DNA of 64,000 nt from Octopus vulgaris (Eukaryota). This document shows positions 1-11,064 of this stretch, one piece after another; positions within the stretch are counted from its first letter, which is position 1, and each line of letters opens with the position of its first letter. The position numbers and the translations under genes were made by a program. The notes below the pieces were generated by a model. It saw only the letters and a list, made by a program, of their open reading frames with translations. It had not been told where the DNA came from and did not search any database. The DNA lies in assembly GCA_951406725.2 (NCBI GenBank), contig OX597821.1:47430001-47494000 (forward strand). Reading direction: 5' to 3'.

Positions 1-297
1 GTGGAGGGTGAGACAGATAGGAAGGAAGGGGAAGAAATTGTTTACGTGTGTAGGTACATGTGTGTATGTGTGTGCATGCTCGTGTGTGTGCACACTCGTG
101 TGTACGTGCACATGTGTGTGTTGTCTGCTAATTTAGGATTAGCAACGAAAGTAGTAGCCATTCATCATTCATGTTCAAGCACATATGCATACACATACAA
201 AATGGTGATGTCTGTGTGTGTGTGTGTGTGTGTAGAAATGTGAACAATTTTACATGTCAACTTTACTGGGAAATTTTGAAAATAGGGAGGGAACACT

Positions 298-1105
298 AGG
301 GCACAACTGTGTAGTAAGAAGCTTGCTTCCAGTGATGTATGGGGGTGGTTGCATCGAGTGTGCTGCCACACCCAATGCCACCAAATTTCAAGCAGAGGTA
401 TAACAAAAGTTTTCCATTAAGATTAGTGATTAAATTAATGAATAAGGTTAATATTTATAATGAATTTGCCATTTTCAATGGGTGAGCAGCACACATCTAG
501 CACACCCAGAATATATGCCCCTACTTGCTTCAAAACTAGATAGTTTTGGGTTCAGTCCTACAGTGTGGTACCTTCAGTAAGTTCCTTCTGCTATAGCCTT
601 GGGGTGACCGAAGTCATACGAATGGATTTGATAGACAGAAACTGAAGAGCCCATTGTGTGTGTATATACACATACACAGATGTGTGTGAGTCCTACTGTT
701 GGTGTGTCCTCTACCAGTGCTTGACAACAGGAGTTGGTTTGTTTACATCCCCATAACCTAGATGTTTGGCAAAAGAGACAGAAAGAATAGGTGCCAGGCT
801 TGAAAAAAATAAGCAGGAGGACTGATTCGTTTGGTTAAAGTTGAAGGGGTTTAATCAGACAAATCGGCCCTGGTGCTTATTCTTTTAAGCCTGGCACTTA
901 TTCTTTCGGTCTCTTTTGCCAAACCTCTAAGTTATGGGAATGTAAACAAATCAACTCCTGCTGTCAAGCACTGTTAGGGGACACACAAACACTAAGACAC
1001 ATACACACATCAGTGTGCGTGTATATATACATACACAATGGGCTTTTCAGTTTCTGTCCATCAAATCCATTCAGCAAGGTCACAGTTGAATGACCGAAAC
1101 AAAGA
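298..1105 (+). mobile_element. tRNA-derived SINE (CORE-like octopus family), interrupted by a MITE and carrying an internal inverted duplication
   Basis: Head (gtgtagtaagaagcttgcttc...gggttcagtcc), body (aatggatttgatagacagaaactgaag) and tail (cagcaaggtcacagttgaatgaccgaaac) match the intact copy at 46783-47180. Confidence 0.75.
330..523. mobile_element. hAT-type MITE with 8-bp target-site duplication
   Basis: CTTGCTTC at 322-329 and 524-531; imperfect TIRs CAGTGATGTAT...GTGTGCTGCCACACCCA and TGGGTGAGCAGCACAC...ATATGCCCCTA; removing it restores the SINE head. Confidence 0.75.
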
Positions 1106-1123
1106 ACATATGTAAGATAAGTT

Positions 1124-1935
1124 TCAAATTCTGGCACTAAGCAAGCAATTTTGGGTGTAGGTGTTGGTCAACTCCATCAATCTAGTACTTGACAAATATT
1201 CTATTTTTATCAACCCTGAAAAGATGAAAGGAAAAATAACTTCAGCAGGATTTGAACTCAAATGTAACAAGCCAGAACAAATAACGCTAACAATTTTTTC
1301 TGACACTCTGCCTTGTTGCCTTCTATAATGATAATAATAGTAATGATCTTTTCTACTAAGGGCACAAGGCCCAAAATTTTGATGGAGGGAAGGGTTAATC
1401 GATTACATCAACACCAGGGCTTGACTGGTACCTATTTAACTGACCCTGAAAGGATGAAAGGTAAAGTTAACCTAGATCGAATTCTAGCTCTGAACACAGA
1501 CCAACAAAATATTGTGAAGCATCTCATCCAGCGTGCTAACAATTCTGTCAGCTTGTCACCTTAATATTAATAATAATGATTTCAAATTTTGGCAAATGAC
1601 CAGAAATTTCGGGGTAGGGATTAAGAAGATTACAACAAAGCTAATGTTCAACTTGTACTTATTTTATTGACACCAAAAGGAAAAAGAGGTAAAGTCAACC
1701 ACAGTGGGATTTGAACTCAGAATGTTAAGACAGACGAAATACTGCTAAGCATTTTGCCTGGTATCCTAATGTTTCTACTGGCTAATGACAATATTAATAA
1801 TAAGGCTTTCTACTATAGGCACTAGGGCTGAAATTTGAGAGACAGGGCTAGTTGATTACATCGACCCAGCAAATGACTGGTACTTATTTTATGCCCCCCC
1901 CCCAAAAAAAGATGAAAGGCAAAGTAAACCTTGGC
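1124..1935 (-). mobile_element. Head-to-tail array of about four SINE copies (second family, Meta-like central domain)
   Basis: Four repeats of gaccc..aaaggatgaaaggcaaagtcaacc.(ggatttgaactcag)-like sequence separated by aat-rich linkers; reverse complement of the copy at 28953-29182; last copy truncated. Confidence 0.75.
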
Positions 1936-1987
1936 AAAATTTCTTGTTCTGTACTTTACCAGTTGTAATAACTTGTCCTGTATGTTT

Positions 1988-2022
<35 letters not shown>

Positions 2023-3004
2023 GGCAGTATGTGTGTGTGTATATGTGAATGTAGTTTATGCACATCCACAAATTAGCATGCATGTTGCTCCAATTTTAGG
2101 AGGACATTCATCACGACCCTAGCTGTATTTTCGTCAAATTATTTTTTCCCAAGGCACCCGCGGGTAGCAGAAAAAAATCAATTTTCAACCTTAACTTTTA
2201 CCAATTTTGAAGTTTGCTAACATGAGTTAATTCCCTTGCCATAGTGAAGTGAAAATGTGTGTGCGTGTGTGTGTGTGTGATGGAGAGTAACAGCGTTCCC
2301 CAAAAATAAAAATGTAAAATGTTTTTTTTTCTTAAACATGAGATATAGTATTCAAATTTAGGATGTTTTTGAAAGACAGTATATTTTATAATCAGATTAT
2401 ATATGCTTTCTCACACAACAATTCAAATATATTTTAAATCGTTCATCTTTCTCCACCCCCTCTCTCTCACACACACATTACTTTGGGCACGAAAGAGTTT
2501 TGTCTTTATTTTACACCAAGGAAAAAATGTTTTGTTCAGAATCCATTTATTTAACAACATAGAAACAAAGTGGTAGGAAACAATTTGTCAAGACGCCGCC
2601 ACACCCCACCCCGTCTTTTGGACCACAAAAAGGGTTTTGTAGCATATTAATATAAACATTTCAAATTTACCAGCAAAATTAGTTTGACCATATAATAGGT
2701 ATGCAAATTTTTTTGCCAAAATGGGTGGTCACACTACTAGCCTAACTGCACTATATAGTATTATAATTTAATGTTATTATACAATTGATTAGTAATGGGA
2801 AAACAATGTAGCCTCAGTCCAGTCATGAGAGCAAAAATCGTATTACTCTACTAGCAAAAAGTTTCCTTTTCGAACATCAGAACGCAACTAAATTGCAGTA
2901 AAATGGCTTGCTTGCAAGCGTGGAAGTTATACTCGGAGAATGGTCAATATAAAAATCGGCAAAGGACTGGCACCCCCCCCCCCCCCCAAAAAAAACGATA
3001 CAGT

Positions 3005-3330
3005 TGGACCGTCGAATCATAAGGGAAAGATATGGACAGGATGAACCAATCTAACTTAATATCTTTATTGTTGTCTTTAAGATACCAAACCAATTTACTT
3101 AGCCCTGTGCTATAATGTTTACTGCTATTCCTAAATGAAGAATAATGATTGGAAATTCTCTTAGATAACTGGGAAGAGAATGCGCCAATGTAGAAGTAGA
3201 CATCGGTACCGCAAGAAATTTTACATTGGTATATAGAATTCTTAATCTTAGAATTATTAGACATAAATTTAATTCTGTTGGGGTTGTCCTCAGAGACCAA
3301 AACTATGTTTTTATTGCTATTGTTAATATA
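3005..3330 (-). pseudogene. Penelope-like element GIY-YIG endonuclease fragment
   Basis: ORF 2944-3300: SIYQCKI...FYIGAFSSQLSKRISNHYSSFR...STGLSKLVWYLKD...DWFILS; same family as 59597-59929. Confidence 0.8.
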
Positions 3331-3360
<30 letters not shown>

Positions 3361-3362
<2 letters not shown>

Positions 3363-4572
3363 GTGAAGGGCTGGTATTAACAAAATTAATGAGTAGTCTT
3401 GCTCATTTTGATGATTCTGATATTTTAATATTTTTGTTGCAGATTTTTGAATAAACAAGTGTCGAGGTTACAAGGAAAATGGAGAAAACTGAGTATCGTG
3501 CTGTCATAAAGTACCTTCATTTGAAAGGCATGACTCCATCGGAAATCCATGAAGATATGGTGAGAAACTTAACAGACAATGCTCCTTCATATGCAACAGT
3601 CAAACGCTGGGCAAATGAATTCTAGCATGGCAGGGAGAGTGTGGAAGATGATCCCACACCAGGGAGACCTCCAGCTGCAATCACCGAGGACAACATTGAC
3701 CTTGCTCTTGTTGAATATCATGTCACCAGATAGCTGAGAGACTGGGCATCTCAAATGAAAGAGCAGACAACATTGTGACAAAAGAACTTGGGTTCTCAAA
3801 GGTTTCTGCAAGGTGAGTCCCTCGCCTTTTGACTCCTGAACAGAAATGCACCAGGTGCACTTTGTCCACGAGCAAACGAACTGTTTGAAGCCGATGAAGA
3901 GAATTTCTTGCTCGTTTTATTACTATCGACGAAAGTTGGGTTCATCACTACCAGCCTGAAACCAAAGAACAATCAAAGCAGTGGAAGCCCACATTTTCTC
4001 CTACTCCAAAGAAGGCCGGGGTCATTCCTGCAGCTGGCAAGGTCATGGTGTCAGTCTTTTTGAATTCAATGTATCTTGCTGATCGATTACATTGAATAGA
4101 GTCACCCCATGACAGGGCTGTATTATTCTCAGCTACTGTAATGCCTCCAAGAAGTAATCAAAGAAAAAAGGCAGGGAATGCTCGCCAGAGGAGTCCTTTT
4201 TCATCACGACAATGCTCCAGCCCACACCTCAGTGGTTGCCATTGGCAACAATTCATGATTGTGGATACGAACTTGTTCCCCATCTGCCTTACTTGCCAGA
4301 CTTAGCCCCCCTCTGACTTGCATCTATTCCCTAAAATGAAAAAAGCCCTGGCTGGTTGCCATTTTGCCACTGACAATGACGTCATAGACACTGTAGGAAG
4401 TTCCTTAGAGTCTCAAACAAAAGAGTTCTTCTATGCCAGGATAATGGTGCTTCAGCACCACTGGAGAAAGTGTTCAGCCATCAAAGGGGACTATGTTGAA
4501 AAATAAATCATCAGAAGTCTTGTACTATGTTTTGTTTTTTTGAGGCTCAAGAGTTTTCAAACACGCCTCGTA
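3361..4572 (+). mobile_element. Mariner (DD34D) transposon, degraded transposase 3479-4506, 3' TIR plus TA present, 5' TIR lost
   Basis: MEKTEYRAVIKYLHLKG start, TIDESWVHHY, FHHDNAPAH, PYLPDLAP, ends GDYVEK*; stops and frameshifts; terminus ...TTTTCAAACACGCCTCG|TA. Confidence 0.92.
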
Positions 4573-6249
4573 TATACAGTATGTGTATACAAAAATGCCT
4601 GTTGCTGAACATGTGTAAGCATGTTTATTAGACAGATAGATACAGACATACATGTCTAAAGTTATGTGGTGTGCTGGTTATGCAAGTAACTGCGTGTAAA
4701 AATACATCTCCAACTGCAAGTGTGCATGCATGAAAGCTGAGCTTATAACACAACTAGACATGTATCATCTGAGATACTGTGAATGAAGAGGAGATCAATG
4801 CTTGACGAGATTTCTTTGAAAATATTGATGAGTTAAGAAACTGCAGTTATAATAGAGGATTAATAGCTGTGGTCTATGACTAAAATTGTTCTTATAAGTA
4901 AAAGAGAGATGCTCTACCAGTGAGAGTAATAATGTAAAGGCAAGCATCAACCGCCAGGAACTGTATAATGAATTACGATCTTGTGGTGCTTTTCAAGGGA
5001 GCTAGCAATAGTGACCACCTCCATGGAGGACAAGGTGGAGAAGAGACTGCAAGCAAGCAGCCAAATTAGAGTCTGGTGAGAGGAGTTACAGAGAAAGGGC
5101 AATTGATTAGTAAACGACACTGAGAAAGAACTTGATTGGAGGGGGCAGATATGTGAAGTGTGGTTGGGTGTGTGTGTGTGTGTGCATGTGAATTTGGGTT
5201 TCTGTGTGAGCACGCACACATTATGGCATTAGCTTATATTATGGTGAAGTTTAACATTCGAACTATTCCAGTTACGTTGATTCCAGTGTTGTCATTCAGC
5301 CCCTTCTCTCCCATTTAGTACTGACACAGCAGAGCTTAGGATCAAAGGAGTTCCATTTGTGACCATGCCATCTGTTATCAGATACACTTTCTAGGATTGC
5401 ATAAGCTAAGAGCATCCTTTAAAAAAGAATTGTAAGTGATTTAGCTCTTAATTCAAAGAGAGGTCAGAGATCATGCACGGAGGCACAATTTATGACCATC
5501 ACATAAATGTGTCATTGTTTAGCCCGGGTTGGATCTGACAGAGCAAGGTCTATGATCATCAAAATCATTCCAGTAATAACTATACTGTTTTTCTTTTTTT
5601 GTTTTTGTCAAGTATCTAGTAATTAAGAGACATTTTGCTGCTTGCAATGACATCCAGCAAGTCACACAGCCACACAGAGATGGCCTTGTTTCATACCTAC
5701 AGGTGTGTAATTCAAGATATATTTAGTAATACATAAAGAGATTTTTAAAAATGTAAAAAGAAAAGTCAAACGCAAGCAAGTCATAGGAAAAATGTCGGTT
5801 TTTGTAGTAGAGTTGTTTTTTTTTAATTTTACAGATCTCATGTTACACAGACTACATATATGTATGCATGCACGCACACAAAAGGTATCCACCCAGTACT
5901 GAGTTTCTACAACAAAGCATTCACAACTGGTTGGACAAGAGAAAGTAGAGCACTGTGAAGACCTTGCAATACAAAAAAAAAAAATATCTAGAATTAAATA
6001 GTACAGTAATGAAAATAAGGAAGGCTAAACTAGATGAACCAAGGTTGGTTTAGTCTACCAGGTGCTTATGATTTGAACAAAAAAGTATTAACATAGGCCC
6101 TCAATAAACATACCAGCATTTATACGTGTCAATATCTCGTGTGTGGGTAGGCACGAAATTGTGTCTCACATTGGCCCATAACCGATGGGGAGTTGGGGAC
6201 ATTCTGTGACTGTATTCCATTCATCTATGCATTTCGTATATTTTTAAAC

Positions 6250-6312
6250 TTTCATATATACATATGCATAAATAGCTATATATATACCTATATATATATA
6301 TATATATATTAT

Positions 6313-6349
<37 letters not shown>

Positions 6350-6840
6350 CATCTCTATATATATGGAGAATGTATGTATATATACATACAAATACATATA
6401 TATAATGTACATATATAGATATATATATACATATATATACATAACTATATATATGGAGAGTGTATGTATATATACATACATATACATATAGTGTACATAT
6501 ATAGACATACATATTCACATAAGTGTATATATATATATATATACACACATAAGTATATATAAACACACACACATAAGTATATATATACACACACACATAA
6601 GTATATATATACACACACACATAAGTATATATATATATATACACACACATAAGTATATATATATATATACATATATATACACACGCATAAATATATATAT
6701 ATATATACACACACACACAAGTATATATATATATATACACACACACACAAGTATATATATATATATACACACACACACAAGTATATATATATATATACAC
6801 ACACACACAAGTATATATATATATATACACACACACACAA

Positions 6841-6920
<80 letters not shown>
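6250..6920. repeat. Compound (TA)/(CA) microsatellite with about 30-bp higher-order units
   Basis: Unit acacacacacaagtatatatatatatatat repeated over about 6700-6850. Confidence 0.95.
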
Positions 6921-7150
6921 ACAATTGAGGGTAAAATTAATTAGTTATTAATCAATTTTACCAAGTATTCAGTATGTAAAAGGACCATTTAAGGCGAATT
7001 CAAAATATTACATTATATAATTAGGGCTTAGTAAAATAAATTACTTTGCCACATACTGAACTTTCTAGATATAGCAGCCAAAAAAGTTTTTTAGCTATTT
7101 CCACTATCTGAGAGAAATTTTCTTTAAGTAGTGGAAATAGCTAAAAAACG
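6920..7150. mobile_element. Non-coding dispersed repeat (probable PLE terminal segment) with a 21-bp fold-back
   Basis: Homologous to 43997-44200 and, inverted, to 36515-36640; perfect arms at 7086-7106 and 7129-7149; always abuts (TA)n. Confidence 0.5.
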
Positions 7151-7242
7151 GAAGGTTTACGAAAATAAACAAAAGACGAAGGCAGGTGGAGTACAAACAA
7201 ACAATGTATAAGTATGGCGCTCAGGAATAGAAATAAAACAAG

Positions 7243-7280
7243 TCTTTTACGTTTCGAGCTTACGCTCTTCGACAGAAAGA
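7243..7280 (-). ncRNA. Minimal hammerhead ribozyme variant in a short (about 7150-7340) PLE/retrozyme-like insertion
   Basis: Minus strand UCUUU-CUGUCGA-A-GAGC GUAA GCUC-GAAAC-GUA-AAAGA: stem I 5 bp, stem II 4 bp with GNRA loop, palindromic ACGU stem III; core A6 replaced by U. Confidence 0.65.
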
Positions 7281-7399
7281 TACACAGAAAAGAAACAAGG
7301 AGAGAAAAAATTGCATGTAGGGGCTAACGATCCAACATAATATATATATACACATATAAGTATATATATATATGTACATATATATATATATATATATAT

Positions 7400-9052
7400 C
7401 ATCATCATCGTTTAACGTCCGCTTTCCATGCTAGCATGGGTTGGATGATTTTGACTGAGGGCTGGCGAGCCAGATGGCTGCACCAGGCTCTAATCTTGAT
7501 CTGGCAAAATTTCTACAGCTGGATACCCTTCCTAATGCCAACCACTCCGTGAGCGTAGTGGATCCTTTTCACGCGCCACCGGCATGCGGGCCAGTCAGGT
7601 AGCACTGGCAATGACCTCGCTCGAATCTTTTTACACGTGCCACCAGCACAGGTGCCAGTGAAGCGATGTTGGTAAGGATCACGCTCGAATGGTGCCCTTT
7701 TACGTGCCACAGGTACAGAAGCCAGTTGGCTGCTCTGGCAACAATCACGCTCGGATGGTGCTCTTGGCACCCTACTAGCACAGGCATAAGTGCAAGTAAG
7801 GCGATGCTGGTAACGATCATACATGAATAGCTGCTCTGTCAATGATCACACTCATATGGTGCTCTTTGCACCCTACTAGCATGGATGCCAGTCATCGAAT
7901 TGATTTTGATTTTGATTTCACTTGCCTCAACAGGTCTTTGCAAACAGAGTTTAGTGACCAAAGAAGGAAAAGTTACGCATAAGCGGGCTGGTTACGCTCC
8001 TGGCATAGGCCATAGGTTATGGTCTCCTTTGGCTTGCTGGATCTTCTCGAGCACAGCATATTTTCGAAAGTCTCGGTCGCTAGTCATTTCCTCGGTGAGG
8101 CCTAATGTTCGAAGGTCATGCTTCACCACTTCATCCCAGGTCTTCCTGGGTCTACCTCTTCCACAGGTTCCCTCAACTGCTAGAGTGTGACACTTTTTCA
8201 CATAGCTACCCTCATGCATTCTTGCCACATGACCATACCATCACAGTCGTCTCTCTTGTACACATCTAATGCTTCTTAGGTCCAACTTTTCCCTCAAGGT
8301 ACTTACACTCTGTCGAGTATGCACACTGACATTACACATCCATCGGATCATACTGGCTTCATTCCTTGTGAGCTTACACATGTCCTCAGCAGTCATAGCC
8401 CATGTTTCACTGCCGTGTAGCATGGCTGTTCGTACACCTGCATCATACAGTCTACCTTTTACTCCGAGCGAGAGGCCCTTTGTTACAAGCAGAGGTAAGA
8501 GCTCTCTGAACTTTGCCCAAGCTATTCTTATTCTAGCAGCTACACATTCAGCGCACCCTCGTTCGCCACTGACTCGGTCACCTAGATAATGGAAGCTATC
8601 AACTACTTCTAGTTTTTCTCCCTGGAATGTAGCGGAAGTTGGTCACTGCGCATTTTCAGTGTTTATCGCTCCCGAGCATCTGCCACATACAAAAACTATC
8701 TTCTCAGTTAGCCTTCCTTTGATATTTCTGTACCACTTATGTGTCCATAGCTGACACTGGGTACATCTTATAGAGTTTCTACCTACGCCTTTTCTACATA
8801 TCGAGCTGGGCCAACTACCTGAAGGGATTTGTGGTTTGCCTGCCTTCCTACTTATTAGGACTTTGATTTTAGCGAGGTTGGCTCTAAGGCCCTTCGATTC
8901 TAATCTTTGTTTCCACACTTGATTTTTCTCCTCTAGTTCTGATAGTGACTCAGCAATTAGAGCAAGGTCGTCAGCATAGAGGAGCTCCCAGGGACATCCT
9001 GTCTTGAATTCCTCTGTTATTGCCTGGAGGACTATGATAAATAGGAGGGGGC
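7400..9052 (-). mobile_element. RTE-clade LINE, 5'-truncated: RT/C-terminus plus long 3' UTR with (GAT)n tail
   Basis: LSPLLFIIVL...ELLYADDLAL, LHGSETWAM, GRGRPRKTWDEVVKHDL; UTR ends GTTGGCATTAGGAAGGGTATCCAGC...GGACGTTAAACGATGATG. Confidence 0.9.
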
Positions 9053-9205
9053 TGAGGAATGGATCTACCTCTCCCCCTGATACCTTCAACTGTTTGGGAG
9101 TGGCACAACTTCACACATCTCTCCCCATCCATCCACAGTGCATGACCATAGCAGTGTAAACGTCTCTCTTGCACACCACATCGCATGCTTCTTATGTCCA
9201 GCTTA
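9053..9205 (-). mobile_element. Second RTE LINE C-terminal fragment fused to the 5' end of the previous copy
   Basis: KLDIRSMRCGVQERRLHCYGHALWMDGERCVKLCHSQTVEGIRGRGR, paralogous to 8140-8290. Confidence 0.8.
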
Positions 9206-9209
9206 TATA

Positions 9210-10925
9210 TGTCCAGCGAGGCGGTTACAATAGAATGTATTGACATTAGCAAAAAAGATGTCCTACTAGCCATAGATGAAGTGGACACAAACTCAGCTGC
9301 TGGTCCAGATGGTTTCCCAGCAATCCTCCTCAAAGCGTGTAAGCATGCCCTGGCAAAACCCCTCAAGATTCTCTTCCAGAGCTTTCTTGCGAATGGCAAA
9401 CTGCCAAGCAAGCTGAAGGAGGGAATAATATGCCCAATGCATAAAGGGGGAAGTAGGGCAGATGCCAAAAACTATAGGCCTATCTCTCTGACTTCACACA
9501 CCAGCAAAGTCATGGAACGGATAGTCAGAAAAAAAATAATCTCATTCCTTGAAGAAAATAACTTGCTAAGTGATACCTAACATGGTTTTCGACCAGGTAG
9601 GAGCTGCCTGACCCAGCTCTTACAGTATTATGACTGGGTGTTGAGGCAGTTACTCAACAAATCAAATGTGGACGTAATATACCTTGATTTTGCAAAAGCT
9701 TTTGACAAGGTGAATCATGGTATGATATGCCAGAAACTGCGTGACCTCGGCATAGCTGGAAAACTTGGAGTGTGGTTACATGACTTCCTGAAAGATAGGA
9801 GTCAGGCAGTAGTGGCTAATGGAGCCACCTCTATGAACACACAAATAGTGAGCGGTGTTCCATAGGGCACTGTCTTGGGACCACTGCTTTTTATAGTGGC
9901 CCTCTCAGATATGCCCTCAAACGCCCAGATGGCCACTCTGGCCAGCTATGCAGATGATACGGAAGTCTCGCAAAAAATACAGAACCCCAGCAATGTTGCA
10001 AAGCTGCAGCAGGAGTTGGACTCAATTTACAGATGAACTGAGGAAAATAATATGCAGTTTAATGCTGAAAAATTCCAGGCGCTACACTACCAGCATCCAA
10101 AACTGAATATTAAACTTACAGGGTACACCGGTCCACAGGGAACTTCAATCCCAGAGCCTAAGTTAGTGAGGGATCTGGGTATCGACATGAGTGATCATAC
10201 CTCTTTTCTAGTGCACATTACCAGGTGACAAAGTGAAGACGACTGGCTGGATGGATCCTAAGAACATTCAGAACCGGAGATAAGGAAACCATGATGATCC
10301 TCTGGCAGTCATTCGTCCTCAGCCACCTGGATTACTGCTCACAGCTATGGTCACCTACCAGTGTGAAATTAACAGCGGACCTTGAAGCAATCCAGAGAAG
10401 ATTCACAAAGAAGATCGTCTCTTTGCAACAGCTCAGCTACTAGGAAAGGTTGATATAGCTAAGACTCTACTCCCTGGAGAGAAGATGGGAGAGGTATGCA
10501 GTAATATATATTTGGAAGATCCTGGAAGGAATTGTGCAAAATTTTGGCATTGAAAGAAACACCAATGCCAGAATGGGATGACACTGCATAGTGCCAAAGA
10601 TCCCAGCAATGCCATCACGCTTCAGGACCAGTTACTGCATCATCCTGGGTTTCAAGGGCCCACAGCTTTTTAATATTCGCCCAAAGAGTCTGAGGAACTT
10701 GCACAAAGTAGATGAAGGGGGTTTTAAATCAAAGCTGGACCTCTTCCTCTCGAGAATCCCAGATGAACCTAGCTCACGGTAAGAGGTTCAAATGAAGGTA
10801 GTTATATCAAACTCCATTCTTCACCAAGTGCCACATATAAGAGGAGGCTCTTAGTAATAACACTGTAGCACAAAACGGGGGTGCATCAGAATGGCCACAG
10901 CTCTGAGCTGAAACTAGGAAGAAAA
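9210..10925 (+). mobile_element. CR1-group LINE (family A) ORF2 RT pseudogene with 3' end
   Basis: SAAGPDGFPAILLK, NYRPISLTS, DVIYLDFAKAFDKV, SGVP*GTVLGPLLF, YADDT, YCSQLWSP; ends at (TA)n. Confidence 0.92.
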
Positions 10926-10938
10926 TATATATATATAT

Positions 10939-11014
<76 letters not shown>

Positions 11015-11064
11015 GTATATATATGTATATATGTATATATATGTATATTTATATATATATGTAT

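Noticed and set aside
2120-3004. Possible DNA transposon or Helitron (CTAG near both ends)
   Set aside because: No TIR, TSD or hairpin pairing could be established by eye
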